From positions 16,026 through 80,025 of the forward strand of contig JAJRTE010000082.1 of the NCBI GenBank assembly GCA_024278455.1: a stretch of 64,000 nt of DNA, in the 5' to 3' direction. Positions 7,965 to 17,900 of this stretch are shown piece after piece (the first letter of the stretch is position 1; each line of letters opens with the position of its first letter). Made by a program: the position numbers and the translations under genes. The notes under the pieces were generated by a model. It saw only the letters and a list, made by a program, of their open reading frames with translations. It made no database searches and was not told the origin of the DNA. Origin of the DNA: Myxococcota bacterium. Lineage in GTDB: Bacteria > Myxococcota_A > UBA796 > JAJRTE01.

Positions 7965-10204
7965 GACCTTTCCCCCTGTGACGTTCTCGCCGCACCGGGT
8001 TCGACGATATCCCACCCGGTCAACATCGCTTCGATATTGGATGTGATCGTGTGCCCGGTCGTCGTCAGGTAGACGTGCGTGACCAGGAAGGTCAGAAACA
8101 GCCACGACCCCAGGTTGTGCAACGGGGCAACGAGCGACAAGCCACCGAACGCCACGGCGTTGTCCGGCATCAGCCCGGCGACCCACAGCAGGAGCCCGGT
8201 AACCACCTGGAACGGGAACAGCACGTTCAGGAGCCCGGCATAGGTGAACTGCTGCAACGGATTGAGCTTGCTTTGCCGCGTCTTGACGAACGGGTGCGAC
8301 GCGCCGACGAAAATGCCGGTCAGGTAGTACTGCGCCTGGATCCAGAGCCGTCGCGCCAGGCCCGCGCCTTCCGGCACGAACTGCCGGATTTCACCAGTGG
8401 CCAGGTGGTAGAACATCCCCAGGAATGCGTTGACCAGCAGCACCACGGCAAAGAAGTTGTGGACGAACACCGCGGTCGGATACCCCATCGGCGCGAATCG
8501 GTCCGGGTAGTGGACCTGGAACCCGGTCAAGAGCAACATCACGATGCTCGAGGCCATGGTCCAGTGCCAGATTCTCTCGTACACCCCATACATGTAGGCC
8601 CGTTCGTGCTCCACCTCCTCCTCGCGGCTGCCGCGTGCCTTCACGGCACGCACGGTGCCGTGGGCGGCCACGCCGAGAATCGCCAGCACGAAAACCCAGA
8701 AACCGATGGTATCGCTCCAGGGGCGGCGACTGTGTCCCAGGACGTAGTGCCCCACAGGCTCGGCGTTCCCGGCAAGAACCAGCCCCCCGTCGGCCTGCTC
8801 CACCGTCCTCCCGGCCATCAGGCGGGCGGTCTTCTCGTCCGGCACCGGAATGACCCCGCCCGGGAAGGGCCCCGACGCCAGGGGGAGGACCTCGTTGAAG
8901 CGCGACCTGTCGTCGTGGCAGCTCTGACAGTCGTTTTCGACCCACTTGCCCTCGACGACCCCGTGCCGAATGGGATAGGCCGTCACCCTGCCGGCGATAC
9001 GCGGGGCTGCCACGCCAAGCGCTTCGAGCCGGGACCGGATGACACCGACCTTCTCTTCCGAGTCGAGGACCAACTCGTCCTTGCTCAGTCGTCCGTCGTG
9101 GTTCGCGTCGCACCGCGCCACGATATCGGCGTGATACGTACCATCCTCGTTCGTCCACGCCCTGGCCACCGTCTCCAGGGGCACGGCAGTGCCCGCCTCC
9201 CCCGATACCCACTCCCATACAGTGACGAGGTTGAACGGAGAGAAGGTGTCCCGCCCATCCAGGGATTCATGAAGCAAGGCCGGTCGATACCCTTTCTCGT
9301 ACCAGGTGTTCGGATTCTGCCGCCCGGGCCCGGGTTCCACCTCCCGGAACCCCATCCGTGGTCCCAGGTCCGAAGTCGTCACCGTCCGGTCCAGGTACTC
9401 GAGGGCGAGTCCGCGCAACGTGGGTACATGGCACGCCTGGCAGGCGAGGCTGTCCGTGTGACGCTTCGGATAGGGGAATCCTTTGTGCGCCTCCTCGACA
9501 TCGTGACAGGATTCGCACGACGCCGTGGCGAACCGGTGATCGGGCCGCCGGAGATAGGCCGCGAGATCCAGGGTCCTGGGATCCCGTACCAGGTGAGACG
9601 GTCCAGGCTTCTCGAGAAGCCCGGCACGGGCCGGATCGTTCGACGGATAGTGACAGGAAATGCAGTGAACGCCCCGGGCCGCATGCACATCCCACGGGTA
9701 GGCCAGGCCGGACTTCCCCTCGAGATTCACGTGAGAGAAGGAGAGAAGCTGCGGAGAGAATATCTCGCCGGTCGCGAGCGTGCGCCAGTACGGGCCTGGT
9801 TCCTCGCCTCGCAGAACACCGGGACGATACTCGAAGAAGGCCTTGTCCTTGTGGACCACCCCGTGACATCGACCGCAAACGGTACAGTCGGGCGGCGTCA
9901 TTTGCCTGTCGAGGCGACCCTGGGCGTCAAAATCCGCGCCCGAAACGCCTTCGAGCCCCCCCTCGAGGTGACACTGGAAACAGGAAACGGTCACACCCGC
10001 GGCGCCGTGGGTGCTGTGCGCAGCGATGAAGCCCGTGTCATGGCACTGGCCGCACGTCTCGATATCGGACACACGCTCGATGGCCTCCCCGGTCACCGGA
10101 GCCCCACCGGCGTCCCTGAGCACGAAGGCCGGGTGCAGGTTCTCCGCGCCAAGCGCGGGCCAGGCGAAGCCCAACACGAACAGCAGGAAGCTCGAGGCTT
10201 TCAT
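7961..10204 (-). CDS. multiheme cytochrome c (7 CxxCH) fused to a dihaem cytochrome b membrane domain; CbcL-like quinol:cytochrome oxidoreductase
   Basis: Signal peptide 'MKASSFLLFVLGFAWPALGA'. Heme motifs: CGQCH, CFQCH, CGRCH, CISCH, CESCH, CQACH, CQSCH. The C-terminal 250 aa has 5-6 TM helices with conserved His pairs, consistent with FdnI/HydC-type (PF01292-like) cytochrome b. Confidence 0.85.
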   Translation of the reverse strand: MKASSFLLFVLGFAWPALGAENLHPAFVLRDAGGAPVTGEAIERVSDIETCGQCHDTGFIAAHSTHGAAGVTVSCFQCHLEGGLEGVSGADFDAQGRLDRQMTPPDCTVCGRCHGVVHKDKAFFEYRPGVLRGEEPGPYWRTLATGEIFSPQLLSFSHVNLEGKSGLAYPWDVHAARGVHCISCHYPSNDPARAGLLEKPGPSHLVRDPRTLDLAAYLRRPDHRFATASCESCHDVEEAHKGFPYPKRHTDSLACQACHVPTLRGLALEYLDRTVTTSDLGPRMGFREVEPGPGRQNPNTWYEKGYRPALLHESLDGRDTFSPFNLVTVWEWVSGEAGTAVPLETVARAWTNEDGTYHADIVARCDANHDGRLSKDELVLDSEEKVGVIRSRLEALGVAAPRIAGRVTAYPIRHGVVEGKWVENDCQSCHDDRSRFNEVLPLASGPFPGGVIPVPDEKTARLMAGRTVEQADGGLVLAGNAEPVGHYVLGHSRRPWSDTIGFWVFVLAILGVAAHGTVRAVKARGSREEEVEHERAYMYGVYERIWHWTMASSIVMLLLTGFQVHYPDRFAPMGYPTAVFVHNFFAVVLLVNAFLGMFYHLATGEIRQFVPEGAGLARRLWIQAQYYLTGIFVGASHPFVKTRQSKLNPLQQFTYAGLLNVLFPFQVVTGLLLWVAGLMPDNAVAFGGLSLVAPLHNLGSWLFLTFLVTHVYLTTTGHTITSNIEAMLTGWDIVEPGAARTSQGERS

Positions 10205-11619
10205 AGCGGCTCCCCCCCTTGCATCGGATCACCGGTGTAGCCGAGCGCGACCCAGTCCAGTCTGCCAGTGTTCCCGTGGCAATCCATGCACCGGAGCGCT
10301 CTCTCCTTGGGTTGAACCATGTGGTTGATGGGCCAGTACATCTCGGTCTCGATGAAGTCGTACTGACCGCTGTAGGGAATCCCGGTGTACCGGGTCGCCA
10401 GCCTCGACGCCTCGTCCCAGTCGAAGTCATGCCAGTATCCGCCCTTGCCATAGGTCAGCGGCGCGAGCAGCACGGCGTTGACCGGATCGTAGATCTGCTT
10501 CCCCCGGTGGACCTTGAACGGCCAGACCTTCGACCCGGGAACACCCGGCCCGCCAATCGGGTGGTTTATCTGCACCGGCCCGTCCCCCACAATCCGATCC
10601 CCGGCCAGGTAGTGCTCCGACTTCCCGTTGAACCAGTAGTACTCCGGTACGACCTTGCGCTCGTACCGGAACTCCCCCTTGATCTTCAAGTAGTGGTGAA
10701 CGTCGTCCTCGCGCGTGTCGTCGCCCGCCTTGGACCAGTCCCACCACATCTTGGTCGGGATCGAGTTGGCGAACGTGGGCACGTGACAGGTATGGCAGGC
10801 CACCTTCTCGACATGCTGATTGAGCCGCACGTCGGCGTGAGGCGCGCTGCCATGGCACCCCGTGCACCCTACGCCGTCATCGTCGTTGGAACTCACCGAC
10901 ATGGACTTGCCCCGAATCGTGTGCCCAGGCCCCTCGTGGCAATCGATGCAGGAAAACCCGAGCCGGCCCATGTGCACATCGTCGTAGGCGTCCGGGTTGT
11001 CCAACGTCGTGTCCAGGTCTCCGTGCTTGACCGCAAGCCCACCGCCCCCGTAGCTGTGACAGGAGTTGCAAGCCCCCCGCGTCGGCCAGCCCACGCTCTT
11101 CGCAGCAGCAAGCAGATCGGCGTCCTTCCGGGGCCAACCCCCCTTGGTCTTGGCATAACCGCCCGAATGGTCGTGACACACCAGGCAGTCCATGCGGCTG
11201 AGATCGTCAAAGTCGAAATCCGCATCCTCCCAGCCGTATCCAGCATGACACTTGGTGCAGGCCGCCCAGTTCCCCTGGATCGAAATGCAGAAATTGTTCA
11301 AAACGTTCTTCTTGCCAAGCCTCCTCGAGCCCTCGTTACCCGGAACATGCTCCTCCTCCCCAAGCCACTCCCAGTGGGGCGTGCGCCGAAACTGCCGAGC
11401 CTCCTCCTCGTGACACGCCAGACAGGCTCGAGTCACATCCTGCCCGCTCGCGAACGGTTCGGTGAAAAAGGCCGAGTGGTCGAGGTGCGGCCGCGGACCG
11501 GGCCGGACCGGCTCTCGCTGGCCGGCACGAGAGTCACCCGACCACCAGGCGATGGCCACGATCGCCGCCAGGATTGGAATGACCGCGAGAACTCCCCGAT
11601 ACGGCCTGAACGACTGCAT
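10201..11619 (-). CDS. octaheme c-type cytochrome (OTR/ONR/HAO-like family)
   Basis: N-terminal anchor/signal 'VLAVIPILAAIVAIAWW'. Eight CxxCH motifs: CLACH, CTKCH, CLVCH, CNSCH, CIDCH, CTGCH, CHTCH, CMDCH. The 472-aa size matches octaheme tetrathionate/nitrite reductase-type enzymes. Its stop overlaps the downstream start (ATGA). Confidence 0.85.
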   Translation of the reverse strand: MQSFRPYRGVLAVIPILAAIVAIAWWSGDSRAGQREPVRPGPRPHLDHSAFFTEPFASGQDVTRACLACHEEEARQFRRTPHWEWLGEEEHVPGNEGSRRLGKKNVLNNFCISIQGNWAACTKCHAGYGWEDADFDFDDLSRMDCLVCHDHSGGYAKTKGGWPRKDADLLAAAKSVGWPTRGACNSCHSYGGGGLAVKHGDLDTTLDNPDAYDDVHMGRLGFSCIDCHEGPGHTIRGKSMSVSSNDDDGVGCTGCHGSAPHADVRLNQHVEKVACHTCHVPTFANSIPTKMWWDWSKAGDDTREDDVHHYLKIKGEFRYERKVVPEYYWFNGKSEHYLAGDRIVGDGPVQINHPIGGPGVPGSKVWPFKVHRGKQIYDPVNAVLLAPLTYGKGGYWHDFDWDEASRLATRYTGIPYSGQYDFIETEMYWPINHMVQPKERALRCMDCHGNTGRLDWVALGYTGDPMQGGEPL

Positions 11620-11748
11620 GGTTGGCTCCCCGTCCCTCGAAACCGGCCGGCATCACCCTGCCCAACGTACTTCCGCAACCGCTCACATCCTTGCAGGGAC
11701 ATGCCCCGGACATGATTTCTCGACCAGTTCCGTCGGCGTTCTAGGTGT

Positions 11749-11774
11749 TATCGCAATATCGCTATATTGCGATA
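11749..11774. promoter_or_regulatory. AT-rich inverted repeat TATCGCAATAT-CGCT-ATATTGCGATA in the divergent intergenic region (candidate operator)
   Basis: Seen directly. 10-bp arms ATCGCAATAT (11750-11759) and ATATTGCGAT (11764-11773). It is markedly AT-rich for this genome. It lies about 130 bp upstream of the cytochrome operon start (11619, minus) and about 200 bp upstream of the 11972 gene (plus). Confidence 0.35.
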
Positions 11775-11971
11775 GTCGAATCTGTTGCCTCTAATACACA
11801 CGGTTCCCCTCCATGTCAACCGCAATTCTTCGCGCGCCATCTGCTTCTTCGGTCCGCGACAGCCAGAATCACTGCTGCGTGTGCATTCCTGGCGACAGCA
11901 CGCAAGCCATGCCGGGGCGAACCGTGCTACACTGCTGGCAGGAGAGGATTGCACCCTGTAGGAGGTACCCC

Positions 11972-14077
11972 ATGACGACCACCGCGCCCTTGCTCGTCCT
12001 ACTACCCTTTTTGTTCCTTCCCGGGTCCGGTACGGCCACGGCGGCTTCGGTGTCCCTTGACGACGCTGTGTCGAGCCGGACGACTCCGGCGGCGCCGGTT
12101 GCTTCGAAGGAGTTGCCCGAAGACTTCGAGCCGCCCTGGTGCCGGAACTGGTACCCGGATTGTGATGGGGACGGCTTCGGCGACATGTCGGCGCCGCTCT
12201 ACACATGCCAGAACCCGAACCTGACGGACGACACGTCGTCGTGTCCTTACCGGCGCAACGATCTGGACTGCAACGACACGGATTCGGTAATCAATCCGAA
12301 GGCGGCCGAAGACATCATGGGATCCCACGACGGTGTGGACAACGACTGCGACGGCGTGGTCGACCTCGACTGCGACGGCACATCCGCGACGGCCGTTCCC
12401 TGGATCTGGATCGAGACGCCGGAGCGGGGCGTGTTCGCGCCGGATGCGCCCATGCGCGTCACCGGCGTGGTCTACCCCGCGAACGACCGTGTGCCGCTCG
12501 CGATGGTGACTGTTGGTGGCCAGGATGCGACGCTGACCTCCTGCAGCCGGGACGGCGGGGTATGGTTCGAGGCCACGGTGCCGCTCGCGACCGGCGTGGA
12601 CACCATCGATGTCCGCGCGACCGATGAGCAGGGTCGGAGCGACCGGGCGCTCACCTCGTGTGCCCATTCGGACGTCTTTCTGCCCCTGCGCGATGGGGTC
12701 CCGATCACCGGCTCGCTGGTCACCCTGCTCAACCAGGGCACGTGGGACATACTCGGCGAGTACCTCGAGTCTCTCCTCACGGCCGAGGAACTCCAGTCGG
12801 AACTCCTGGCGTCCAATCCATTGGTTTCCGAATCGGGGTCCGACGATTGCCTCGAGGAATACTGGATAACGGCCAGCGCAACCGGCTATACCCACGACGA
12901 CGTGGACGTGAGTTTCGTCGTGACCGGCGGCCACATCGCCACCACGGCGCGGTTGGTGCACCCCCAGATGTGGGCCACCGGCACCGGCTACTACGAACTC
13001 GAGTGGTACTGCGGTGGTTGGGACGACACGGTAGGGATGACCGGGTACATGGCCTTCTCCGAGGTCGTTGCCACGGCCAATGCCTGGCTGAGCCTGACCA
13101 GTGATGGCCAGGTCGCGGTCAGCTTCACCGACGTGTACGTGGATGCTCGAGGCGCCACCGTGGACGTGGACGCGGACGACTGGTTCTACGACTGGCTGAT
13201 CGACCTGTTCGAGTCGGAGATGGAGGACGAGTTGGAGGGCTTCATCGAGGACGAACTGGCCGACTACGTGGCGAACGACCTGGGCCCCGACCTGGCCGAG
13301 GAACTCAACAGCCTGGACATGGACTATGACCTGGACGTCGACGGCGTCCCCTACGGCGTGACGCTGGACTACGACGCGCTGGATGTGATCGATGGGTCCG
13401 TCGTGCTCGGTTTCGGCATGGGTCTGAGCTATGAACCCGACCCCTCCGCACCGGTGAATCCGGGCATGGTGACCTTTCCCGCCGGGTACACCGTGGACGT
13501 CGCGCCGACTTTCGGCCTCGAGGTCGGAGTGAACTTCTTCAACGCGGCCTTGCACGCACTGTGGGAGGGAGGCAACCTGTCGATATCGAGCGAGTTGTGG
13601 TCGGATCCGGCGATCGAAGGCCTGGCCACGCCGCTTCTCCCCCCGGTCATCGGCCCGAGCACTTCGGACTACCTGCTCGAGCTGTCCCTGGGCGACGTGC
13701 TCGTGGGGCTGGTGATCTCGGCTCCGGAAGGCGATCCGACCTTGATCGACGTGGCGCTATCAGCCAAGGTGCAACTGGACATCGACCCTGTGCTGGAGGA
13801 TGGCATGATCGGGTTCGACCTGGCGTTCGCCCCTGCGGAGATCTCCTACGATCCGCTGGGCGACATTCCCATTCCCGCCGAACTCCTCGAGGCCACGGAA
13901 GGTGCGCTCGAGGCGTTGGCCGACGAAATACTGGCCGAACTGGAGGTGTACCTCGAGGAGATGCAGATCAGCTACCTGGACCTGCCGCTCGACATCACCG
14001 GCCTGCGGCTCGAAACAGACTCGGGCAATCCGGCCATGCTGTCGCTGTCGGGAGAAGCGGTCTACACGGGCCCCTGA
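11972..14077 (+). CDS. secreted acidic protein with N-terminal MopE-like putative metal-binding motifs
   Basis: GGAGG RBS and signal peptide 'MTTTAPLLVLLPFLFLPGSGTATAAS'. The motifs 'YPDCDGDGFGD', 'CNDTDSVINP' and 'DNDCDGVVDLDCDG' are followed by a long Asp/Glu-rich domain. The ORF-track start (11813) lacks an RBS or signal, so the start was moved to 11972. Confidence 0.65.
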   Translation: MTTTAPLLVLLPFLFLPGSGTATAASVSLDDAVSSRTTPAAPVASKELPEDFEPPWCRNWYPDCDGDGFGDMSAPLYTCQNPNLTDDTSSCPYRRNDLDCNDTDSVINPKAAEDIMGSHDGVDNDCDGVVDLDCDGTSATAVPWIWIETPERGVFAPDAPMRVTGVVYPANDRVPLAMVTVGGQDATLTSCSRDGGVWFEATVPLATGVDTIDVRATDEQGRSDRALTSCAHSDVFLPLRDGVPITGSLVTLLNQGTWDILGEYLESLLTAEELQSELLASNPLVSESGSDDCLEEYWITASATGYTHDDVDVSFVVTGGHIATTARLVHPQMWATGTGYYELEWYCGGWDDTVGMTGYMAFSEVVATANAWLSLTSDGQVAVSFTDVYVDARGATVDVDADDWFYDWLIDLFESEMEDELEGFIEDELADYVANDLGPDLAEELNSLDMDYDLDVDGVPYGVTLDYDALDVIDGSVVLGFGMGLSYEPDPSAPVNPGMVTFPAGYTVDVAPTFGLEVGVNFFNAALHALWEGGNLSISSELWSDPAIEGLATPLLPPVIGPSTSDYLLELSLGDVLVGLVISAPEGDPTLIDVALSAKVQLDIDPVLEDGMIGFDLAFAPAEISYDPLGDIPIPAELLEATEGALEALADEILAELEVYLEEMQISYLDLPLDITGLRLETDSGNPAMLSLSGEAVYTGP

Positions 14078-14346
14078 CCGCTCCGGCACCGCGCGGGCAG
14101 CGGCGCCGCGGGGTAGCCAGACACTGGCTGTTTCCACTCCGGCGGCGCCCCGCTCGACCTTCGACCATCTCGATATCCCGAAGCTGTAGAGGCGGCGAAA
14201 CGGCGGGCAGAACGGGGACATTTCGGGAGATCATCGACGGCACCCGGCCACGCTCATCTACCACCCACGACCAACAGGCGCGCGAACGCACGACAGGGCT
14301 TCCGGACGACCCAGCCCGCCGGCGGACGCGCCATCCGGAGGCAGGC

Positions 14347-14844
14347 ATGAACGAATCGATCCCGCTGACCACCTGCGTCGGCAGACTGATGACATCCCAC
14401 ACCATCGTTGGGTTCACCGATTGCGACATGTACGGACACGTGACCACCGCGAAGTACCTCGAGATGGCCATCGACCACCGGTTTCGCGCGGTCACGCAAC
14501 AGCTCGGGATCGACTTCGAAGCCTTCGCCACCGACGAGCGGGTGATACTCGTCAACCGCACGGTGACCTTGCGGTTCCTGGCGGCGGCCCGGCTGCACGA
14601 CCCCGTCGAGATCCAGCTCTGGATCGACCGGATGCGGGGTTTCCGCTCCGAGATCGAGGTACGGATGCGTCATGCCGCGACCGGGACGCCCCTGTGTGAC
14701 ATCCGCATCGATTCGGTCAGCGTCGACGTGGATGACCGGGTCCCGGTGCCCCTGCCTGCAGAGTACGTCCCCGCGGGGGGTGCGGACCCGCGCAACCTCC
14801 CCTGGGCGCCGGGCCACCCCAAGAAATCCTCCCGGTCCGGGTGA
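14347..14844 (+). CDS. acyl-CoA thioesterase (hotdog fold, 4HBT/YbgC-like)
   Basis: 165 aa. 'IVGFTDCDMYGHVTTAKYLEMAIDHR' matches the hotdog thioesterase N-terminal active-site region (D...HV). Chosen over the overlapping antisense ORF 14254..14817, which has no motif. Confidence 0.65.
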   Translation: MNESIPLTTCVGRLMTSHTIVGFTDCDMYGHVTTAKYLEMAIDHRFRAVTQQLGIDFEAFATDERVILVNRTVTLRFLAAARLHDPVEIQLWIDRMRGFRSEIEVRMRHAATGTPLCDIRIDSVSVDVDDRVPVPLPAEYVPAGGADPRNLPWAPGHPKKSSRSG

Positions 14845-14979
14845 CAGCGGCGCCTGCCACGCGGGTCGAGCGGTTTGGACGGGAAGGAGGAGCCGCCGGC
14901 AACTCCGGGTGCCGGCGAACGGCCCGTTGTGCCGTGTCCGGAAAAGATTGGCGTCCCACGGCAGGAGGAACTCGGAACA

Positions 14980-17900
14980 TCATTTCGGACGCCCCGGCCC
15001 GCGGCTACCCGCGCCAGTCTTGCGGCGGCGACGCCGGTGTATCGCCGCGGCAGCCAGGACCAGCCCGTACAGGGGAGTGAGCGCCGCGTGCCGGGAGCCT
15101 CCCTCCCCCGTCTCTATCGGGCCAGTGCACGCCGGGACATCATCGTTGCAGTCGATGCAGTTGTCGACGTAGCCGGCTGGAGGGGAGCATTGGACCACGT
15201 AGACGTCCGGGTCGCCGAGGCCGTCCCCGTCCGCGTCACGGCAGAACTTCTCCTGGCCCCACACGGGATCGTCCTCATCGTCCACCAGGTCGTCGCAGTC
15301 GTTGTCCTTCCCGTCGCACACCTCGGGCGCGCCAGGATAGACTTCCGGGTCGGCGGCATCGCAGTCGCAGAGATCCGGAACACCGTCACCGTCCGTATCA
15401 GCCGGCGTGAAGTTGACCTGTACCGTCTGCGAGCACTGCATCTCTCCACGAAGATAGCCTTCGACCACGAGGTCATACCACTCGCCGGATGACGGAAGCG
15501 CCATCTCGATGGCGAAAGATCCATCCTGGACCGGAGCCGGATCGGCCTCGCCCAGGACGACGCCTTGGACCTTGATCACGACATGGTCGATCCAGGTGGT
15601 CCGGCCCGCCACCAGGAACGTCTCGTCAGGGAGGCACGCCCCATCGTCAGGCGTGATAATCTCGAGGGTGGAGGGCCTCGCGTCGAGGACCTCGATCGCG
15701 CCGTCGTCCGCGGACACGACGAACTCGACCAGCCCGTCACCATCCATGTCGGCCGGGACGATGTGCCGGATCGGTGTGCCCCGGTCCCGGGTCCAAAGCA
15801 GGGCCGGAGAGCCTCCCCCCGCGATCCTGAGCGCATAGATCTTGCCCTCGTCGGTGCCGATGACCGCTTCGTGGTCGCCATCGCCATCGATGTCCACCGC
15901 CAGCACGACGCTGCAGGACCGCGCCCCGGCCGGGCGGGTGGTGAGGACCTCGCCCCCGTCCAGGAAGACGGGGTAGCCGTCGAGCAGGTTGCCGGTCGCC
16001 CCGTCCCGGATCTCGAACGCGCCCATCGCGCTGATGGTCAGGATGTCCTCGTCCCCGTCGCCGTCCACGTCCAGGGCGGCATAATCGGCATAGGGGTTTT
16101 GCGTGGGGAAGGTGTCGAGCTGCTGGGTCCATACGAGGGTCGGTTCGAAATCCCCGGCGTCATCGAGCAACTTCCAGAGCGATACGGGCGCCGGCGACCG
16201 CCCATCGTTGGCGAGTTGGAGATAGTCGACGCGGCCGTCACCGAGGAAATCGCCGGCCATGTTGGACGCGGACGAGTGGGTGTTGGACCAGCTTGCAATA
16301 CGCTCTCCTCCGCGGAACAGCTCGGTGGAGGAGTGGTACTGGAGCAGGATTTCATCCCCGTTTCCCGGGGTGCCATCCAGGTCGTAGACAATGGCACGGC
16401 TGCGGGCGTACTGGTATCGATAACCGGTGGTCGAGTAGGTGACCCAGTCCAGGTCCCACGGCGCAGGAGGGGGAGTGATACCGTCTTCCTCCCCGGGTGC
16501 CACGGCCAGTGCGCCCAGGAGGATGTCATCGCTTTGCCACTGGGAATAGTCGATACCGCCCCAGACCAATTCGTACCCGGGAGCAGGGCTCGAGTCCGAA
16601 GCGGAGTGCACGTCACCATACCCGAAGAGGAGCCCGTTCAGGGTATGATCGGGATAGTCGGTCCCACCCATTTCGGCCCGCACGGTGCACGTGCCCTGGT
16701 TCGGATCGATGTCCACGAGGCGGACGGGGAAGTTCCGTTCTTCGCTCCGGTAGGTGACCACCTCCTTCACCTGGTCGCCGTCCAGGTCGGCGGCGAAAAC
16801 GAACTGGCCCGGGAGCGAACACATCGCGTCCGGTGCACTATCCCCGGAGGCCGGGAAGTAGACCGGGCTGTTCCACTTGTTGACGATCAACACCGCCGGG
16901 CCGTCCGGACGAAGCTGAACCGCATAGGGCCAGGGGCTGCCCTGGGGCCGGAAGTCCCCAACCGGCTCCCCGACCGGCTCCAGGTCCTGCCCCAGCACCT
17001 GGGCGCAGTTCTCCTCCCCGTCGAGCACGATGAGGATGTCCGGGCCGGACCCCACGACGTCCGCCACCTGCTGGCAGGTCGGCTCATGGTTTGCCGGCGT
17101 GAGGGTCGCGTTGCCCTGTTCGTCGATACGGAGCAACGATATCTGCCCGTCCAGCTTCACCATCAGTCCCGGCCGGCCGTCCCCCTCGAGGTCCACGATT
17201 GCCAGGGTCGTGGCCGAGTCGTCGGGCTGGTAGTACTCGTCATGCCCGCGCCACCCGGCGCCCGGCCTCTGGGGACGAGGGAGATAGTTGAGCGGTACCA
17301 GGGAAGGGGGAGATGTGTCCTCCCCGCTCGAAGCGCCCGCCGCCTCCCAGGCCGTGTTCAAAGTCCAGGCACCGTCCTCCCGGTGCAGCTCGAGACCCTT
17401 CAGGGGCCCGCTGATATCCGACCCATCGGTGGTCTGCGCGACGATCTCGAGCGTCCCGTCGGGCCGAAGGTCGGCCACCCCATGCGCAAACATCCTCTCC
17501 GCCTGGGCCAGGAGCCGTCCCGTGCCATCGAACACCGCCAGGACCCACTCGCCTGCCAGGTCGACGCCGTCGCTCACCGGGTTTCCGTCCGCGTCCAGTT
17601 CCTCCCCGGTGTCGTCGAAAAGGGACACGACGATCTCATCACGGCCATCGCCGTCCAGGTCCACCGGGCCTCCCCGCGCCAGGAGCACCCGGACGGGAAC
17701 GGTGTACCCCAACTCCTGGCCATTCCCGTATGTGTACTTCCAGGCCACCTCGGTGCCCCCATCGACGGACAGCTCGACCAGGGCCAGGGCGATTTCGAGC
17801 TTGGAGTCCAGGCCTGCTTCGACGAGTTCAGGCTCCTGGTCTCCGTCGGTGTCACCCAGGAACGCCATGTTCCTGTGACCGACAACGGGCGCGGGCGAGG

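Noticed and set aside
12002-13555. 517-aa minus-strand ORF inside the MopE-motif acidic protein gene
   Set aside because: Low-complexity Arg/His/Val-rich translation. The opposite strand carries a signal peptide and recognisable repeat motifs.
14254-14817. 187-aa minus-strand ORF overlapping the hotdog thioesterase
   Set aside because: No motif. The plus-strand ORF has the hotdog active-site region and a plausible ATG at 14347.
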